Positions 13,219 through 27,024 of a stretch of 64,000 nt of DNA are shown in pieces. Every line of letters starts with the position of its first letter. The stretch's first letter is position 1. Made by a program: the position numbers and the translations under genes. This DNA is from Camelus dromedarius (lineage: Eukaryota), in the NCBI RefSeq assembly GCF_036321535.1, contig NC_087437.1, positions 10,542,001 through 10,606,000 of the forward strand. Reading direction: 5' to 3'. The notes beneath the pieces are model-generated. The model ran no database searches. It was not told the DNA's origin and worked only from the letters and a program-made list of their open reading frames with translations.

Positions 13219-14854
13219 GACAGCATTCAGTTTTATAATAAAACATACTAGTCAAATAAATTAAATGGGATGGGGAGGTTTAAGAGTTCCTATGACTGAG
13301 TGCTGGACTGGAGACCTGTCAGAGGGAGGCAGGTAGCAGACAAGGCCGGGTAAGGCAAAGGGCATGTTGTGTGGGCCCCCCAGGCCATCGTAGGAGCCTT
13401 AGCTTTTCCCCTGCCATGGCCAAGGGAGAGCAGTGATCTAACTTTGTGTTGTGAGAAGACCACTCAGGCTGCTGCGTGAAGGAGGCTGCAGAGGGGCCGC
13501 AATATCCAGGGGTCCAGATGGGCAGCCTCGGGCTATTCCTGAATTAAAAAAAGAGAGAGAGATCCCATGAGAGGAGGAAGGTGATAAGAGAGGGAGCGAG
13601 ATGAGATCAGAATACATTCAGATTTAGCAAACATTGGATATCTGTAAGCCTGGCACTGCTAAATTGTTGGATGGTAACGCGTAAGAGGTTCTAAAAGGTA
13701 TGTATATGCGTTTTATCCTTTGGTTGATGATGATAATTGGGCTTTGAGTAGAAAGATAGTTATATACTCTTAATGTATAGAATTGCAGAATGAGCCTTTT
13801 GAGAAGGAGTTGGAAAGCAGATTATTATAGTCAACTTCTGATTAGCATGATTTCAACCTTTATTCCCCTTGTACAGTATTGTTCCCACTTCTTCCCAGTT
13901 TCCATTTCTTGAGGTAGATAGGGTTTTTGCTCAATGATGCCAGCCTTGTTTTTGGTTATAGTTTTTTTTTTTTAATTGTGGCGCAACCAGTTGAATTTTG
14001 AAAATATTATCTGAGAGAGTAATTGTATCTCAGTAATTTCCTTTCATTCCTTACTGCTTACTGTTTAAAATTAGGATAATTGACTAAACAACATTTATAT
14101 TTTATTAACTGGTAATTCTTGTTTTTCATTTATTTCATTGACAGTCTTGCCTTCCCCCATTTCACTTAAGTTTTGATTCTTCAGCTTAGTAATTCTTATA
14201 GGGCCTAATTAATTTTTGTTTTATTTTAAAGTTGTGCCAATACACTAACCTTTCAAATAAAAAAAAATCTTGTTAGGTAAACCACTAACTTGGGCAATGC
14301 TTGATGTATGGCAGTGTTTGTAGCTGTACAGCAACGTGCTGACGTTAACTGTCAGTACTTAGTGCCCATGGTACCATGTTTTCCTTCATAGACAGTCAGG
14401 ATCCAGTTATTTTGTTTAAGGAGAAAACCTGTCATTAAATAGTTTTGTTTCTTTGGTGTGCACACTAGCACCATTTATGATGCTATTTTGAGTCTGCAGG
14501 GCTTACTATGTCTGCAGTGAAAGATACAGATAAAATCTGACAGGGTCTCTGGACGTTTTCACCTGTAAGCACTGTACATCTACTATAGGGACACATTAAG
14601 CCCTCTGTATTGTTGAGCTGTGATTATTTGAGTTTACTGGATAGCCTAAGTATTTTCTCTGCTTACCTGTGTTCACTTGAGTGATGATGGAGCACTACAT
14701 AGATGTACTAAATGAAGATTAATAATAGTGAAAATTTATTGTATTGATTAGCTAGTCAAACTGATGTTAACAATTAAGATTAAATTTTATTGTTTAAAAT
14801 TTATTTTTGTTTAGCTCTCTGTAAAATAAACCCTATCATTTAAAATTTAACTTC

Positions 14855-15670
14855 TGTATCTAGCTGCCTATGCAACACTCCATTTGAATATTTAATAGAC
14901 ACCTCAAAAATATTAACTCCAAACCTGAACTCCTGTTCCCCTGTCATGTCATCTTCATCCACAGTCTTTTCATCTCAGTTAATAGCAACCCATTTTTCCA
15001 GTTAGCAAAAAAAACTTTGAAGTCATCTTTGATTTTTTTCTTTCTCTCTTCACTCCACATCCATCCTGTTAGGACATTCTTTTAGCCTGACTTTCAGAAT
15101 ATACCTGTAGTCTGACCACTTTTCCTGGCCTCACAGTTATTGTTCTGGTCCAAGCCGTCTTCATTTCTTGCTTGAGTTAATTGCCACAGTTTCCCAGCAG
15201 GTCTCCTCACTTCTGTCTTTCTCCTCTATAGTCTGTTCTTAGTATGAAAGACGGATCCTTTAAAAATGAAAGTCAGATTGTTTTACTCCTTGGATTCCCA
15301 TTCCAGTGACCATGAAATGGTAAGTGACCAGGTTCTTCTCTGTCTCTCTGACCTCACCATGTCTTCTTTTGATTCCTCTGCTGCTGCTGCATCGGCCTCT
15401 TTCCTGTTCTCCAGACATGCCAGATGTGCTTCCTCCGCGGGGTCTCTGCTGGCTCTTTCCTCTGCCAGGACCTGCCCACTGACCTTCATTCTTTCCTCAG
15501 GTGTCACTTCAGTGAGCAGCCTACTCTGACCACCCTGCCTCCACACACCCCATTTCTTTTACTCTGTGAATTTCTTTCTATGGGACTAAACATCTGACAT
15601 TTACTTCTGTGATCTACTTATGATCATGTCTATTGTCTCTTCTCCCCCTTTAAACGTTAGTGTCCTAGAG
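14855..15670 (+). mobile_element. L2 (L2a-like) 3' portion
   Basis: 'tttaatagacacctcaaa...ccaaacctgaactcctg', 'ttgaagtcatctttgatt', 'gatcctttaaaaatgaaagtcagattg' are L2-type motifs. Confidence 0.85.
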
Positions 15671-16499
15671 ACGCTGATGATTTAAGTGTTCAATAAGATG
15701 CATGTTGTTAGCATCAGGGCATTACTAGCGCCCTGGAAGCCTCCCTCATTTTCCCTTTCATTCACACCTCTCCCCAAGTCTGATAGATTTTAACACTGTT
15801 TTTAGTATATTGGATATCGTTCTCATACAGATGAAGGTCTGTTGCAGAGTAATAGTCTGTACGTAGAGCTTTGTTCTTCAGGTGAGGTTAGAGTAACAAC
15901 ATCCTTTTTACCTTTTACCTTGTATTTTCCAGCCCAGTCAGGAGTCCACAAAGCTGGAATGTATTTTGGAACAGAAAGACAATTTGGGGGTTTTATGGAA
16001 ATGTGTTTTAAACAGTTTCTACAGTCTTCTTTGCTTCTTACGAATACAAATGTCCCAAGAACGACAGCCTTCACAGTTTTGCTAGAGCTTTATGATTTAG
16101 ATGAGGATAATTTTATTCTGTTGACAATGTGGAGCACTTTGCAGGTGGATATCAAGATTAATTATCATATTGTAAAGTGAAGTAGTACATTCTACTAAAT
16201 CACAAGTCTTTTCTGCTGAAAAAAAAATGGAACTGTTACCATTAAAGTGGCATTAGGTTAATAAATTGGTTAATAAAAGCAATTAAAACCACTGATTTTC
16301 TTGTAACTTGCCCTAACTGCTTTACTTGAAAATAGTTATCACTGAATAGATCTATAAAAAAAGATCAAGCAACTATTGAAGTTTAAACAAAGGGGACCGT
16401 GAAGAAAACTTTCGATGGACACTATCCTGATTTGGATTTTTGAACAAAATTATCCTTCATCTGCTGTACTAGATCCAATAACATGAACAAACAATTTTA

Positions 16500-16650
16500 A
16501 TAATAATAATATTATCATTTGTTGAGCACTTATTATGGATTAGTTCTCATGCTTCATCTTTTATGCTCCCAACAGTTTTATAGTGGCAGATACTACAGTT
16601 TCATTTCTGTAAATATGTTTTATTCAATCTCCGAGCCTCAGTTTTCCTAT
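16500..16650 (-). mobile_element. MIR fragment
   Basis: 'aataataatattatcatttgttgagcacttattatg' is the MIR 3' end reversed. Confidence 0.6.
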
Positions 16651-17702
16651 CAGACCTCAAATATTGGTCCCTTTACCCTAGATTCTTTCTCCCATTCCCC
16701 AGCTTCTACCTGATTTTTAATTTGTCTTTGATATTCTGGAATTCCTCTAAAGAGCAACATATGCTTATTTTGAAGTTAATGGCTTTATTTAAGAAAACTA
16801 TTTAATGTTAAAAATTGTATCTTTTTTGGCTTAAAAAATTATTTTACCATTAGTTCAGGCATAGTCATTTTAGCAAGTTTACAGCTTTTTTACAAGCATT
16901 GGTTAGGCTAATTAAACTTCTGAATAACTTTATGGTATTAAAATGTTTTAAATCAGTTGTCTATGACTAGTATTTCTTTTTCTTGGCCTTAGGGCTTTAA
17001 TAATAGATTTCTTACCAAATAGTCCTCTTCAAAATATAATAGGATGTAGCAGATTTTGTTTCACCTAATGCCAAATTAGAGAATATTTTACCTTTTTATG
17101 AAAAGCCTCTTAGCCTGCATATTTATTCATTTTTACTTGATGTTTTAGCTACCAATATACATATCAGTGACACAGCCTTGATGATGTTCCCTCCTCCAAC
17201 CATGGAGATTTTTTTCTCCAAATCTGTACAGCTTTTAATCTCATTATTACTACATTTTTAAGGGTGATTTTATAGAAAAACGTACCCTGAGTTTTATATG
17301 GAAAAGAGTAAATTGTTAAATGGGAAAAAATGTAAACACATTTAAGTTTCTTTTTTTTTTAAGTTTTAGAAACATACTTTAGAAGAAACTTTTAAAGTGA
17401 ATATGCCTAGTGCAGAAGTTTTAACCAAGAAAGACTAATACATTCTCACCGAATGTTGATGTATTCATATTTGCATACATTATTTGTATATGAAGTTAGA
17501 TTCCTGTCTAGCTTTGTGGGAATTTTACTTTCTAATACGTATTCTTCCTTTTAACAAGTCACATGACTCTGTGCAGTCTCCTTTTCAGTGTCAGTATTCA
17601 TTAGCCTCCTAATGAAGAATTTTACAGTCAAAGTGGAAGAGGGCCAACTTTTTATTGTTGATGCAACAGCATAATTAACTATACAGGGTTTGTTTATTAT
17701 AG

Positions 17703-17817
17703 CTGAGTACTAGAACAACGCTTCAAAGAGGAAAACACGGAGAAGATTAGTGAATAACAGCGATGTGTGAGGCCAGCCAGTTGTTAACAGTGCCTGCGTT
17801 GGGTGGTTCATGAATTG
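17703..17817 (+). other. Candidate non-coding (UTR or poison) exon, 115 nt
   Basis: Acceptor tttgtttattatag|C and donor TTG|gtaagc. Stops occur in all three frames and four CpGs are retained. Splice-site pattern only. Confidence 0.25.
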
Positions 17818-18479
17818 GTAAGCACATGCTTACGTTTTTCAGATAATAGGAACTAAAATGTCTAATTTTAATTACCATTTCCATTGCACTGTTATAAGAA
17901 AATAATGGAAACTGCTTGGAGAAATGATTGTATTGGAGAAGTGTTGTGTATACTTTGGTTCTGAAAGACTGAGCTCTTATAAATGTGGATATTGTCAGGA
18001 AGGTAATGAAAATTCACTCTAAGATACATTTTTTTTGTTTCTGACTTTGCTGAATTAGACCTAAGGGAAAATAATATATTCCGATAGTTAATTTAATAAT
18101 AGAATAAAAGTTTGCAATAGTGTGCAGATAATTTAGGGGTTTGTTCATTCCACATTTTCTGGGAGAGTCCTGATTTCAGATACTCCTTGTTTTCTTTTTA
18201 ATAAATACATTTATAAATGAAAATACCCTTTGGGCCTATTTATTTTGGTGTAGTAATTGTGCTTAGCCAGTATCTTAGGCAGTGTGGGGATACACAAAAA
18301 AAGATGAGATGGTGAAAGATACCACTTCCATTTACATATAAATAGAGGATCATAAATAAAAAAAAAACCTACAGGGGATTTATTGTCTCGTGAAAGAGGG
18401 TATATAACTGATAATGATAAATAGTTTATACATTGTTATAAAGCAGATAAAAATAAAGGATAAAAAAGGAATATAGAGT

Positions 18480-18640
18480 TCTCATATGTGATAGACATTA
18501 TGCTAAATATTGTCATATTCTCATTTATTTAATCTTCTTAACATCTATTTCACCTTCATTGTGCAGTTGTGGAGATGGAATCTCAGAGAGTTTATATTGT
18601 TGAAAGTCATAGCCAAAATTCAGACCCTAGCTTTATGACT
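18480..18640 (-). mobile_element. MIR fragment
   Basis: 'agacattatgctaaat...atttaatcttc...ggaatctcagagag...aaagtcatagcc'. Confidence 0.6.
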
Positions 18641-20141
18641 TAATGGGCTGAATACTGATGCTCATGACTGGAAACCCTCGAAGGTATAGTTTCTTAAGAC
18701 TTTACTGGATTGGCGTTAGATATCTGTAGTTAACAACTAAAGTTATCAGAACTACAATTAAATTATCAAAAAAGGATATGATAGGCCTTATTTGGTTCTT
18801 AAAAATACCAGTTCAGGTTAGTAGGGGACTCTTGATATTCGTAATAATGGCATGGATAATTGAAGTCATCAGAGTAATCAAGCAGTTTTGTTTAGTAATA
18901 ATATGTTACATTAGAATAGCGTTTTACAATCTTAAGGGGCACTTTCATATCTGTTACCTGAGCACCTTAAGCCTTTTATTAGATCTACCAAATCATTGGT
19001 TTTGTTCCCTCTTGACCTTTCTAAACCGAGGAAAAACTGCCTCTGTAAGTCCAGAAACTGCCTTTGCATATTTGCACACATACATCTCTCACTATTCCCC
19101 CAGTTCTTATACCTGTGGCTGGGCAGTTATAGGTAAAGGGTAGATGAGTGGATAAATAAAAGGACAGGTTTCAAAAGGAGGAGTAGGAAGCGTCAGGTGT
19201 TTACCCATAAGTTGTTGAAAATGGTAGTAAAATGTGTTTTGAGCACAGACTACCTGGTTATAATCAATTAAAAATGAAACATTTCATTAGGTCTTTTTTT
19301 CTTTTTAAACCATAACAGCGTATATGTGTCTTCCCCAAGAATGGCACAAGTGTGCATAGCAGAGCTCCCTGTCTGGCACTCAGTAGGTGTTCAGTCACTA
19401 TTTATTAAGTGAATAGATAACCACAGTGGAGACTTTCTAGATTTCTTCTTTCTTCCTTTTATCAAAAAGCCAATTCCCAAAGAATACAAAAAGTAAGAGA
19501 ATTTATTAATTGCGGAAATATTATAAAACTAGACTGGTTTTGTATTACTGTTCTGGTGCTGTAATATCTTATTCTTTATTATCTGATATTTAAATCAGAA
19601 AATAACCAGTTTACATATTACTTATGTCTATGGGTATATCATTCTTTAAACAGAGATATTTGGGCCTAAAGCCGAATTCTTCTACAGAGAGATTATTGGA
19701 AAGGCATTTTCACAGTGGGCTGAATACAGATGCTTATTTGCAAAGGCACTCCCACTGCACCTCTCCCCTAGAAATTAGCTTATAAAATAATTCTACTAAC
19801 GATTATGCCTCCTTCCTCCCCTCCCTCTTTTTACTGAAGGAAAACACTAATTTGAGAGAAGAGACTAGCAAATTCGTTTGTGGTTTTCCATCGTGCCCAG
19901 TAGCAACTCCCAAAACTCTGAACTGTAAGAGTCTTAGTGGTTGTATCTTAAGAGAATAGTATTGCCATGTTAAAATTTTGATAAAAATAAAGCACTAGAG
20001 GAGTTCATTGCATAAGCCAAGCAAGTGTATTTTGTCTCTAGTTCCCAATTCTAATAAATTTTGCCCTTATTTCTCTCTGTTGCGAAAGTGTAGATAGATC
20101 ATGTTGCTCATTTTTTTGTGAATACATTTTTCTTCCATCAG

Positions 20142-20222
20142 AAAGGCAGTTATTGATCGGTCTGATGCACCCAAGCACACGGTTCTGCAGATGATTCAGT
20201 CAAGTGACTGCCTTAATGACAG
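20142..20222 (+). other. Candidate 81-nt cassette exon (one open frame: KAVIDRSDAPKHTVLQMIQSSDCLND)
   Basis: Acceptor ttttttcttccatcag|A and donor CAG|gtaagg. Length is divisible by 3 and the sequence is non-repetitive. The peptide is not recognised. Confidence 0.35.
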
Positions 20223-21499
20223 GTAAGGTTTTTCTGTTTTTGAATGTGGGACTACTCATTAGGTAGCATGATCTGAGCTACCCCACATCCTCACTGGTAT
20301 TCCTCTCACTTTTATAGATAGGAAAGGAATTTCTCTGCAATTTCCCTAAGACTTCAGCTTAATTTTGTCCTGTAATCCCTGATTGAAGAAGGAGTCCAGC
20401 AGATCATATGAAATTTGAAATTGTTCCATACTCTAGCTAAATGGAATATCAAAAATTTAGAACATTCAGCACAAAAACACCTCCCGATGAATTTGTATAC
20501 GGAAACCTCAAAAAGGAATGAGGCACATCGTATAAATAAGTTATAATAAATAAACATTAAAGTTGTATGGCATCAGAACTATTTTAGGATTTTTAGTGCA
20601 AACATTGTCTCACATGCAGTGTGTCTTATTTAACTTTTATAAATTCAACTGGGTAGATTTCATCTCCCTTTCAGAAAGGAGGGAGCATGCTTGGGAGAAA
20701 TATAGTTGACAGAGTACAGGGAACAGTTATTCAGCCATTCCTGTCTTCTGATCAGTGAACATGTGTCCCTCAGTGAGAGATGGAAGATGTTCTTTCAGGC
20801 CTTGATTGTGTCCTAGTGCGAACACCGCCCTTTCCTGACTGTGACTTCAGTCTTCCTGAGCAGGTCAGAGCTACTTCGTCTAGTGTTCAGCTGAATGGAC
20901 AGTGGTCAGACCAGGGCTAGAGGAAAATGGGCTCTTCTGGCCTTACTGAGGGGTAGTACTTTATAGGCTGGTATGAAGGAGGTATGCAAAGGTAGTTTTG
21001 GCTGTGTGCAATTTTTGCCTTTTACAATGACTTTACAATCGAATTCTGGAATAAGATGTGACTTTGCTGTTAACTTTACATGAATTAAAGATTAACTAGA
21101 TCAACAGAGCTGAAGCCAGATGGAAGCATTTGAGAACAAATGGCTTTGAAAAATACTGAACATTCAGTGAGATGTGCATAGAGAAATAGCTCTCTAATCA
21201 ATCAATTTTTTTTTAAGGCCGCTTAGTATTTTTTCCAACTTCTTCAAACTTTGGCCGCAGAGAACAAGTGGGAAGCGAGATTGATTCAGGATAGATGTAG
21301 TTAAATTAGCCAAGATTAGGGGTTCTAGTGACCTTGATAGTAAATGTGTGCATTAAGTAAAAGTCAGGTCCTTTAAATTAAATCTGATAGTTAAAGAGGA
21401 CTCTATAGTAACCAAAAGTTTTAGAAATATTTATTCTTGAAAAATTGCATAATAACTGGTAAGTTACATATGTCAGACCCTGTCTACCCCTGTAGAATT

Positions 21500-21725
21500 C
21501 TAGGTGAGCCAACAGGCACTGTTTGGGGAGCTTTATGTATATTAACTTATTTAATTCTCAGGAACTCTATTGAGAGTAAAGACTTGTTGTTACAGCCTTG
21601 CAAATGAGGAACTGCAATATAGTCACAGTTGGAAAGTCATGCAGCTAGTAAATAGATGAGCCAGGATTCAAACTCAGATCGGCTCCATTTCCTGGATTCT
21701 GAACATGTCTTCTGTGCTGATTCTT
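21500..21725 (-). mobile_element. MIR
   Basis: 'caggcactgtttggggagctttatgtatattaacttatttaattctca...gcagctagtaaat...gagccaggattcaaactcag'. Confidence 0.85.
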
Positions 21726-22275
21726 GATTATCCGTTACATTATTGTGTCATATGTAAAGGCTTCAGATGCACGCTCCAGTTTATGGAAGGTGACTGCCTT
21801 GAGGATTCTGAGACTAGGTCTGTACTCAGTGAAAAATTTCTCATTTTGTATCAGAGGCTGCTATGGGTGTGCGATTGGTGGCTTAACCTCATTTCTAACC
21901 TCGTATCAAACTAGATCTCAGAAAGCTAGTTAGTTCTGTGGTTTAGTATCATTCCCTCATATTTTATCCATCTTTATAAGATGCAGTTATATGATAAATA
22001 TTTCTGCATCTGCATCGCCTATGAAACTGTCTCTCACAATGTTCAGTGTTCCTTTTATACAAATTCACATGGCAAATTCTTCAAGGATTTAGCTTCAGAA
22101 AAAAAGTTTTCTTACAATTTGGCATGCTTCCTTCTGTCAGCCATTGAGGTTTATTTAGTCCATTGTGTTTTCTCTTTGGCTGCAAGGAAGCTTGGAGTTA
22201 TATTTCATTTTAATTACAGTAACTTTATTAGCCTAGGCTTTTGATATGGATAATTTCTTTGCTGGTTCTCTGTGG

Positions 22276-22444
22276 CAGGAGTTTTTAATCCATCCTCTGT
22301 GTATCAGCCTCAGGGAGTTCATGAACTGCCCTGAAATGATAGGTAAAATTGTTTGTGTGCATGTGGGAATCTGGGGCAGTGTCCCTGGCTTTTATCAAAA
22401 TTTCAGTGACCTCCACCCCCGCCCCCCAAGATAATGAACCATTG
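22276..22444. mobile_element. Small hAT-Charlie MITE (MER103-like; subfamily uncertain)
   Basis: Degenerate termini caggagtttttaa...aatgaaccattg and internal 'ctgaaatgataggtaaaattgtttgtgtgcatgtg'. Confidence 0.6.
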
Positions 22445-25400
22445 TTCTCTGGATTTGCTGTTCATTTTCTATTTTAATGGCCCAGTTGTATAAAGTTATA
22501 ATCTGCTAATAATCTTTTCAAAGTAGGTAGGCTATATGAAGCATTTAAATCATTACCTTCTTTCTCGATTTTGTCAGAAAACTATAAACCAATTCTCTGT
22601 AATTTAAAAAATACTCAGTCTTGGAAACTTCAGTTTTTCTCTCAAATGTATTATCATTAAGTAGGTAATAGTAAATTATTTGTAAAGCAGTTGTTAACAT
22701 ATTTAGAATTAGCACATTTAAGCCATAAAATCTATACATGTAAACAGTATTTCTACATCTTCCTTTGTTTTGTAGGTAGACATAAAAGATTATAGCATCC
22801 TAGTCATCTCTCTGGACTGTTTATGTGTTAGGAGAAACAACTCTTCTGAAACACGTAGGATAGGGTTACCAGCAATTATTTGCCATACTCATACATTTTG
22901 GTAAAAGCTGTAACCACTAGAGGAGAATAAGCCTGTGCTGCCAACCTCACTAGTCAGATTAATTTCCACAGCTGTCATTTTAAGTGTTTTTGTAGGTTTT
23001 CAAATGCAAATTATATTGACAGGTACACTACAGAAATGTGCTATAATCCAAGAGGGCACATATATTATGTTTTTGATTGTAGTAGGCATTTTGGTCTAAT
23101 TGACTGTTTCTTCGCAACAAAATAAAATTACAATTACTCAAGTTGGAAAAGAGGAATAAAGCTGTCTACTTTTCACTAGGCGATATCTTGGTTGGTTAAA
23201 TTTATAAGTTGTATACACATATGCTTTTTTTCTGTTGAAGAGTTGATGACTGACCAAAAAAAAAACCTACCAAGGTGTGTCATTATAATAAAAGTGGCTG
23301 TTTCTGTGAATCATTATACAGCATTTTGAGTTATGGTATTGATTGTAGTAAATTATTTAGTAGTTCTCCACTCGAAGGTTATAGAATCCTGTAGCAGAGT
23401 AACAGAGATCTGAGGACAGTGAATCACACTAGTATCCAGCTTGCTACTCTGCAGGCTGCATATGTGAAGAAAGAATTTGTATGACTTAACCGCAGACAGT
23501 AAAATTTGGTGTGCCAACAAAAACAGATTTTCTTAAATGATGTGATTCACATGCCCACAGTAGAGAGAACAAATCTGCAGTGTTTTCGTGTCCTTCATTA
23601 TAAAGTGTATCTTACTTTTATATTTGTATTAGTTGAATAGCTTATAAAGATTCTAGTAAGGTTACAATAATAGGTAGTTTTTTTTACATTTTATCTCTTA
23701 ATAAGAAATATGTAAAGCATTTATTGAATGTGAATAGCATGTGTACGTTACTGAAATAGGTTTTGTGGGGGTGTGCAGAGATGACATACTGCTTACCCAT
23801 GGATTAGAGGGTTAAATAAAAAGAAAAATAAAGCTAAGAGAAAATACAACTAAGAGAAAGGTACAGCTCCAAATGAAAACATGTTGACTGTGCTTCAGTA
23901 GCAGTAGAAATGTTTATACCTTTTAAGTCAGTAATTTAATGTAAGGGGCTCTAGCTTATGGAAAGATAATTCAGAATAAAGACTATTCATGTAACAGTGA
24001 AAATGTGAAAGTAAACAACGTTATATGAAGAGAAATGGCTAGGTTGGGGTTAATCCTTTCTTTGGATGGTTATATATCAAATAAAAACAAATGGACAAAC
24101 TATATAGTCATATGAAAAGATGCATATAAAAACGAGTAGGCTATAATTATATGTCATATATGATTATAAGTTTATAAAATAGAAATATTTAAAATTTTTT
24201 AAAGGAAAAGAAGAAAATCTAATTTATAGTCCTTGCGTTAGATTAAGGAGGTTATAGGTGATCTCCTCTCTCCGGTGGCCTCTCTGGAGTAGTGTTACAC
24301 TAATTTTAAAATTTAAGTGTAGGTTTATATTTTTAAGAAGATCTAGTTTTTGTTCTTAAGGAACTGCCAGTCTAGTGGGATAGAACTACAGTGGAAAGAA
24401 TTATGTTATTGGCATGAGAGAGACATAAATACTCTGGGGAGACTCTTGAAATTCAGTTTTTTACATACTTGGATCTTATAAAGTCAGGTGAACCTTAAAA
24501 GTTAATGTTTCTTAATGAATAAACTAGATTTTTAAAGACACTAAAACATGTCTAAGAATCTAATACGTGTCAGTGAGATGCTGTTTTATTTCGCTTTGAT
24601 TGTAGAACCATTAATTTACATTCTGTACTGTTATGCTAAATAATAGGGATTTACTTAAATAAATTTGTGAAGTACTTATCAAATCTCCTAGGCATGTATT
24701 TTTACATCAGGAATGACTTGGAATCATGGGGGAGAGGAAACTCTTAACTGAGAGATGCAGGGAAGACTCCACAGAGGCTGTGACAGGTTGCTGGACTTTG
24801 AAAGGTGATAAAAGGTCATGAAATAAGCAGTGTGTTTTTTAGATAGGGGGGCTTTGAAGGCAGCTAAGGATCCATGAAGTAACTAAAAGACAGCTATAGG
24901 GAGTAGCGTGAGTGAAGTCACGGAGCTACGAGGAACCGCAGGTGCAGGGGCATCTAGGTTGCCATGTGTTTGTGGGGATGTAAGTAAGTAGATGTTCATG
25001 GGGCAGTGAGGGAGAGGTGGTAATCCATGTTTGAGAAGCTGGTCCATGCTGGTTTGTGCAAGTGACTAGGTGTACAGAGATAAGGAAGGTTCTGTTCTCA
25101 AGGAACCTGTGGTCCAGTGTGGTGACCAATAATTAACTCAGATCCAGTATATTGGCTTAAATTTTTACGTTAAGGGTTTTTGTTTGTTTGCTTGTTTGCC
25201 TTTTTTAAAGTTCCTATTCACAAAATTTGGATTCAAAACATTGTGTTGTTCTAAAGGGAACTGTAGGGTATCATGGGATTACTTGGGGGTAGGGGGCTGT
25301 TTGATGCTGGTTGGGAAGGGGGTAGGAAGAAGTGACCAAGGAGGACTTGCTGTAGGAGGCTTCTTCCACTCTCTGCATGTTTAGATAGAATACTAGGCAT

Positions 25401-27024
25401 TTTAAAAAGAATAGAAGAATTATTTGGGTGTTATGAATCCCAAAGAGAGCAGCACCAACGTAGTCATGTCTCCATTTTCCCACCTCAGATCTTGGGAATA
25501 GGGTGTTTCTATGGATCGTTGGATGGACCTTTCCTTTAGGTGGATGCAGCTTAATGGAAGAGACTGTTCGTGACTCCTGAGCCACTGCTCCGCTGTGTGG
25601 GTCTCCATCTTTCTGGGGAGGCCAAGACAGATCTCTGAGATTCTCAGCTTGTTGTCTAAGTGGGATGGATGTAATGACAGCCACAATACGTGGCTCAGGC
25701 CAGCATCCTTCTTGGTGATCTCCTCCCACCCAGAACATGATGAGCCCGTCACTGGTCCCACACCTCCCAGCTTGTTAAATCAGACCACGAGCTTCCATTC
25801 CTGTCAAAGGGCCAGCCTCCTGAGTGGAGGTCATGACGACACAGCTCTGCTGGTTAGCTTTACGGCCTTATCCTGCTGAAGGGAAGTGAAGTTTAACATA
25901 CTAGGACTTTCTTCTGGCTTTTTATTTTTTATATTTAGATTCATGGTACATTTGAAGCCAGGAAATACTCAGTGTCCTAAGCATGTCAGTAATCACTTTC
26001 ATCTCTTTTTTTAATTTGAAGAAATATCAGTCTTCTGTGGAAAATTTATAGTATACAGGCTGGCATCACTTTACCTTTCTTCATCCTCCAGGACTGTAGA
26101 ATTTATAGTCATAAAGCAATCTACACTTCATATAATTCCTTATGTTCTGTATTTTTGTTTTTCTTCATTTAGCTCTGCCTCTTTCATTTGCTCAGCCACT
26201 GCTATTAAAAAAAAAAGATTCTCTTTCTAGGAGAAATGAGTGTTAGAAATGGATTTAAAAAGGAAAGGTTAGTGAGAAGAGATGACAGTACGTCTCTGTG
26301 ATTGCTCTGTAAGGTATGAGTTAATTATGTTGATAAAGGAGGCTGCGCCTGGCGCAGGGGTGGGATCGGAATGCTAGCAGGGTGGATTGGCAACTGCACA
26401 TGCAAGATTAGGGCGCGTAACTGGACACATGGAAGATAAGACTTGTGTTGATTGGGGAGGCAAGAGGCAAAACAGTAGATGCTTCATAAGGGGAGCAAAG
26501 GTGATGACTATACTAGGTGGATGTTTTTAGTAGGACAGAAAGGGAGAGATGTCACCAGCAGTTTAGAGTAGGATATGAGAGAGGGTGAGTCATGGCACTG
26601 GAAATGGTTCTGATGTAAGTGGGATTAGCAGTGACAGTGAAAGGTAGAAATGCAACTTAAACTGATTCTCAGTCTGTTGGAAAAAAGTCACCTTAAGGTA
26701 CTGCTTTTGGATGGCTATTTTCAAGTACTTTGCCTTTCTATATTAGTTTTATTAATAACAACAGTCAAATGAGCTACCAAAAATCAGATCATTATGTTGA
26801 TTATAACAAACATGTTTCTTTTGATGGTGATCTTCTAAAACTGGATCTAACCTCAGGAAAGGAGAATGTATTTGTCATAATGTTTTGACTTGTGTGCAAT
26901 AAAAGACTTATTTTGAAACATGGAAAATCCTTGGCAGCTTTAAGGTGACCATTTTTATACAAATGAAATCTGTTTTGGGTTTTTTTTCCTTTCTTTTTCT
27001 TTTTTGTACCTTAAAAAGAAAAAT

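Noticed and set aside
15266..15546. Ala/Glu-rich overlapping ORFs
   Set aside because: Both lie within an L2 fragment and are compositional artefacts.
25737..25879. C/D box snoRNA (ATGATGA...CTGA)
   Set aside because: No terminal stem and no recognisable rRNA/snRNA antisense element.
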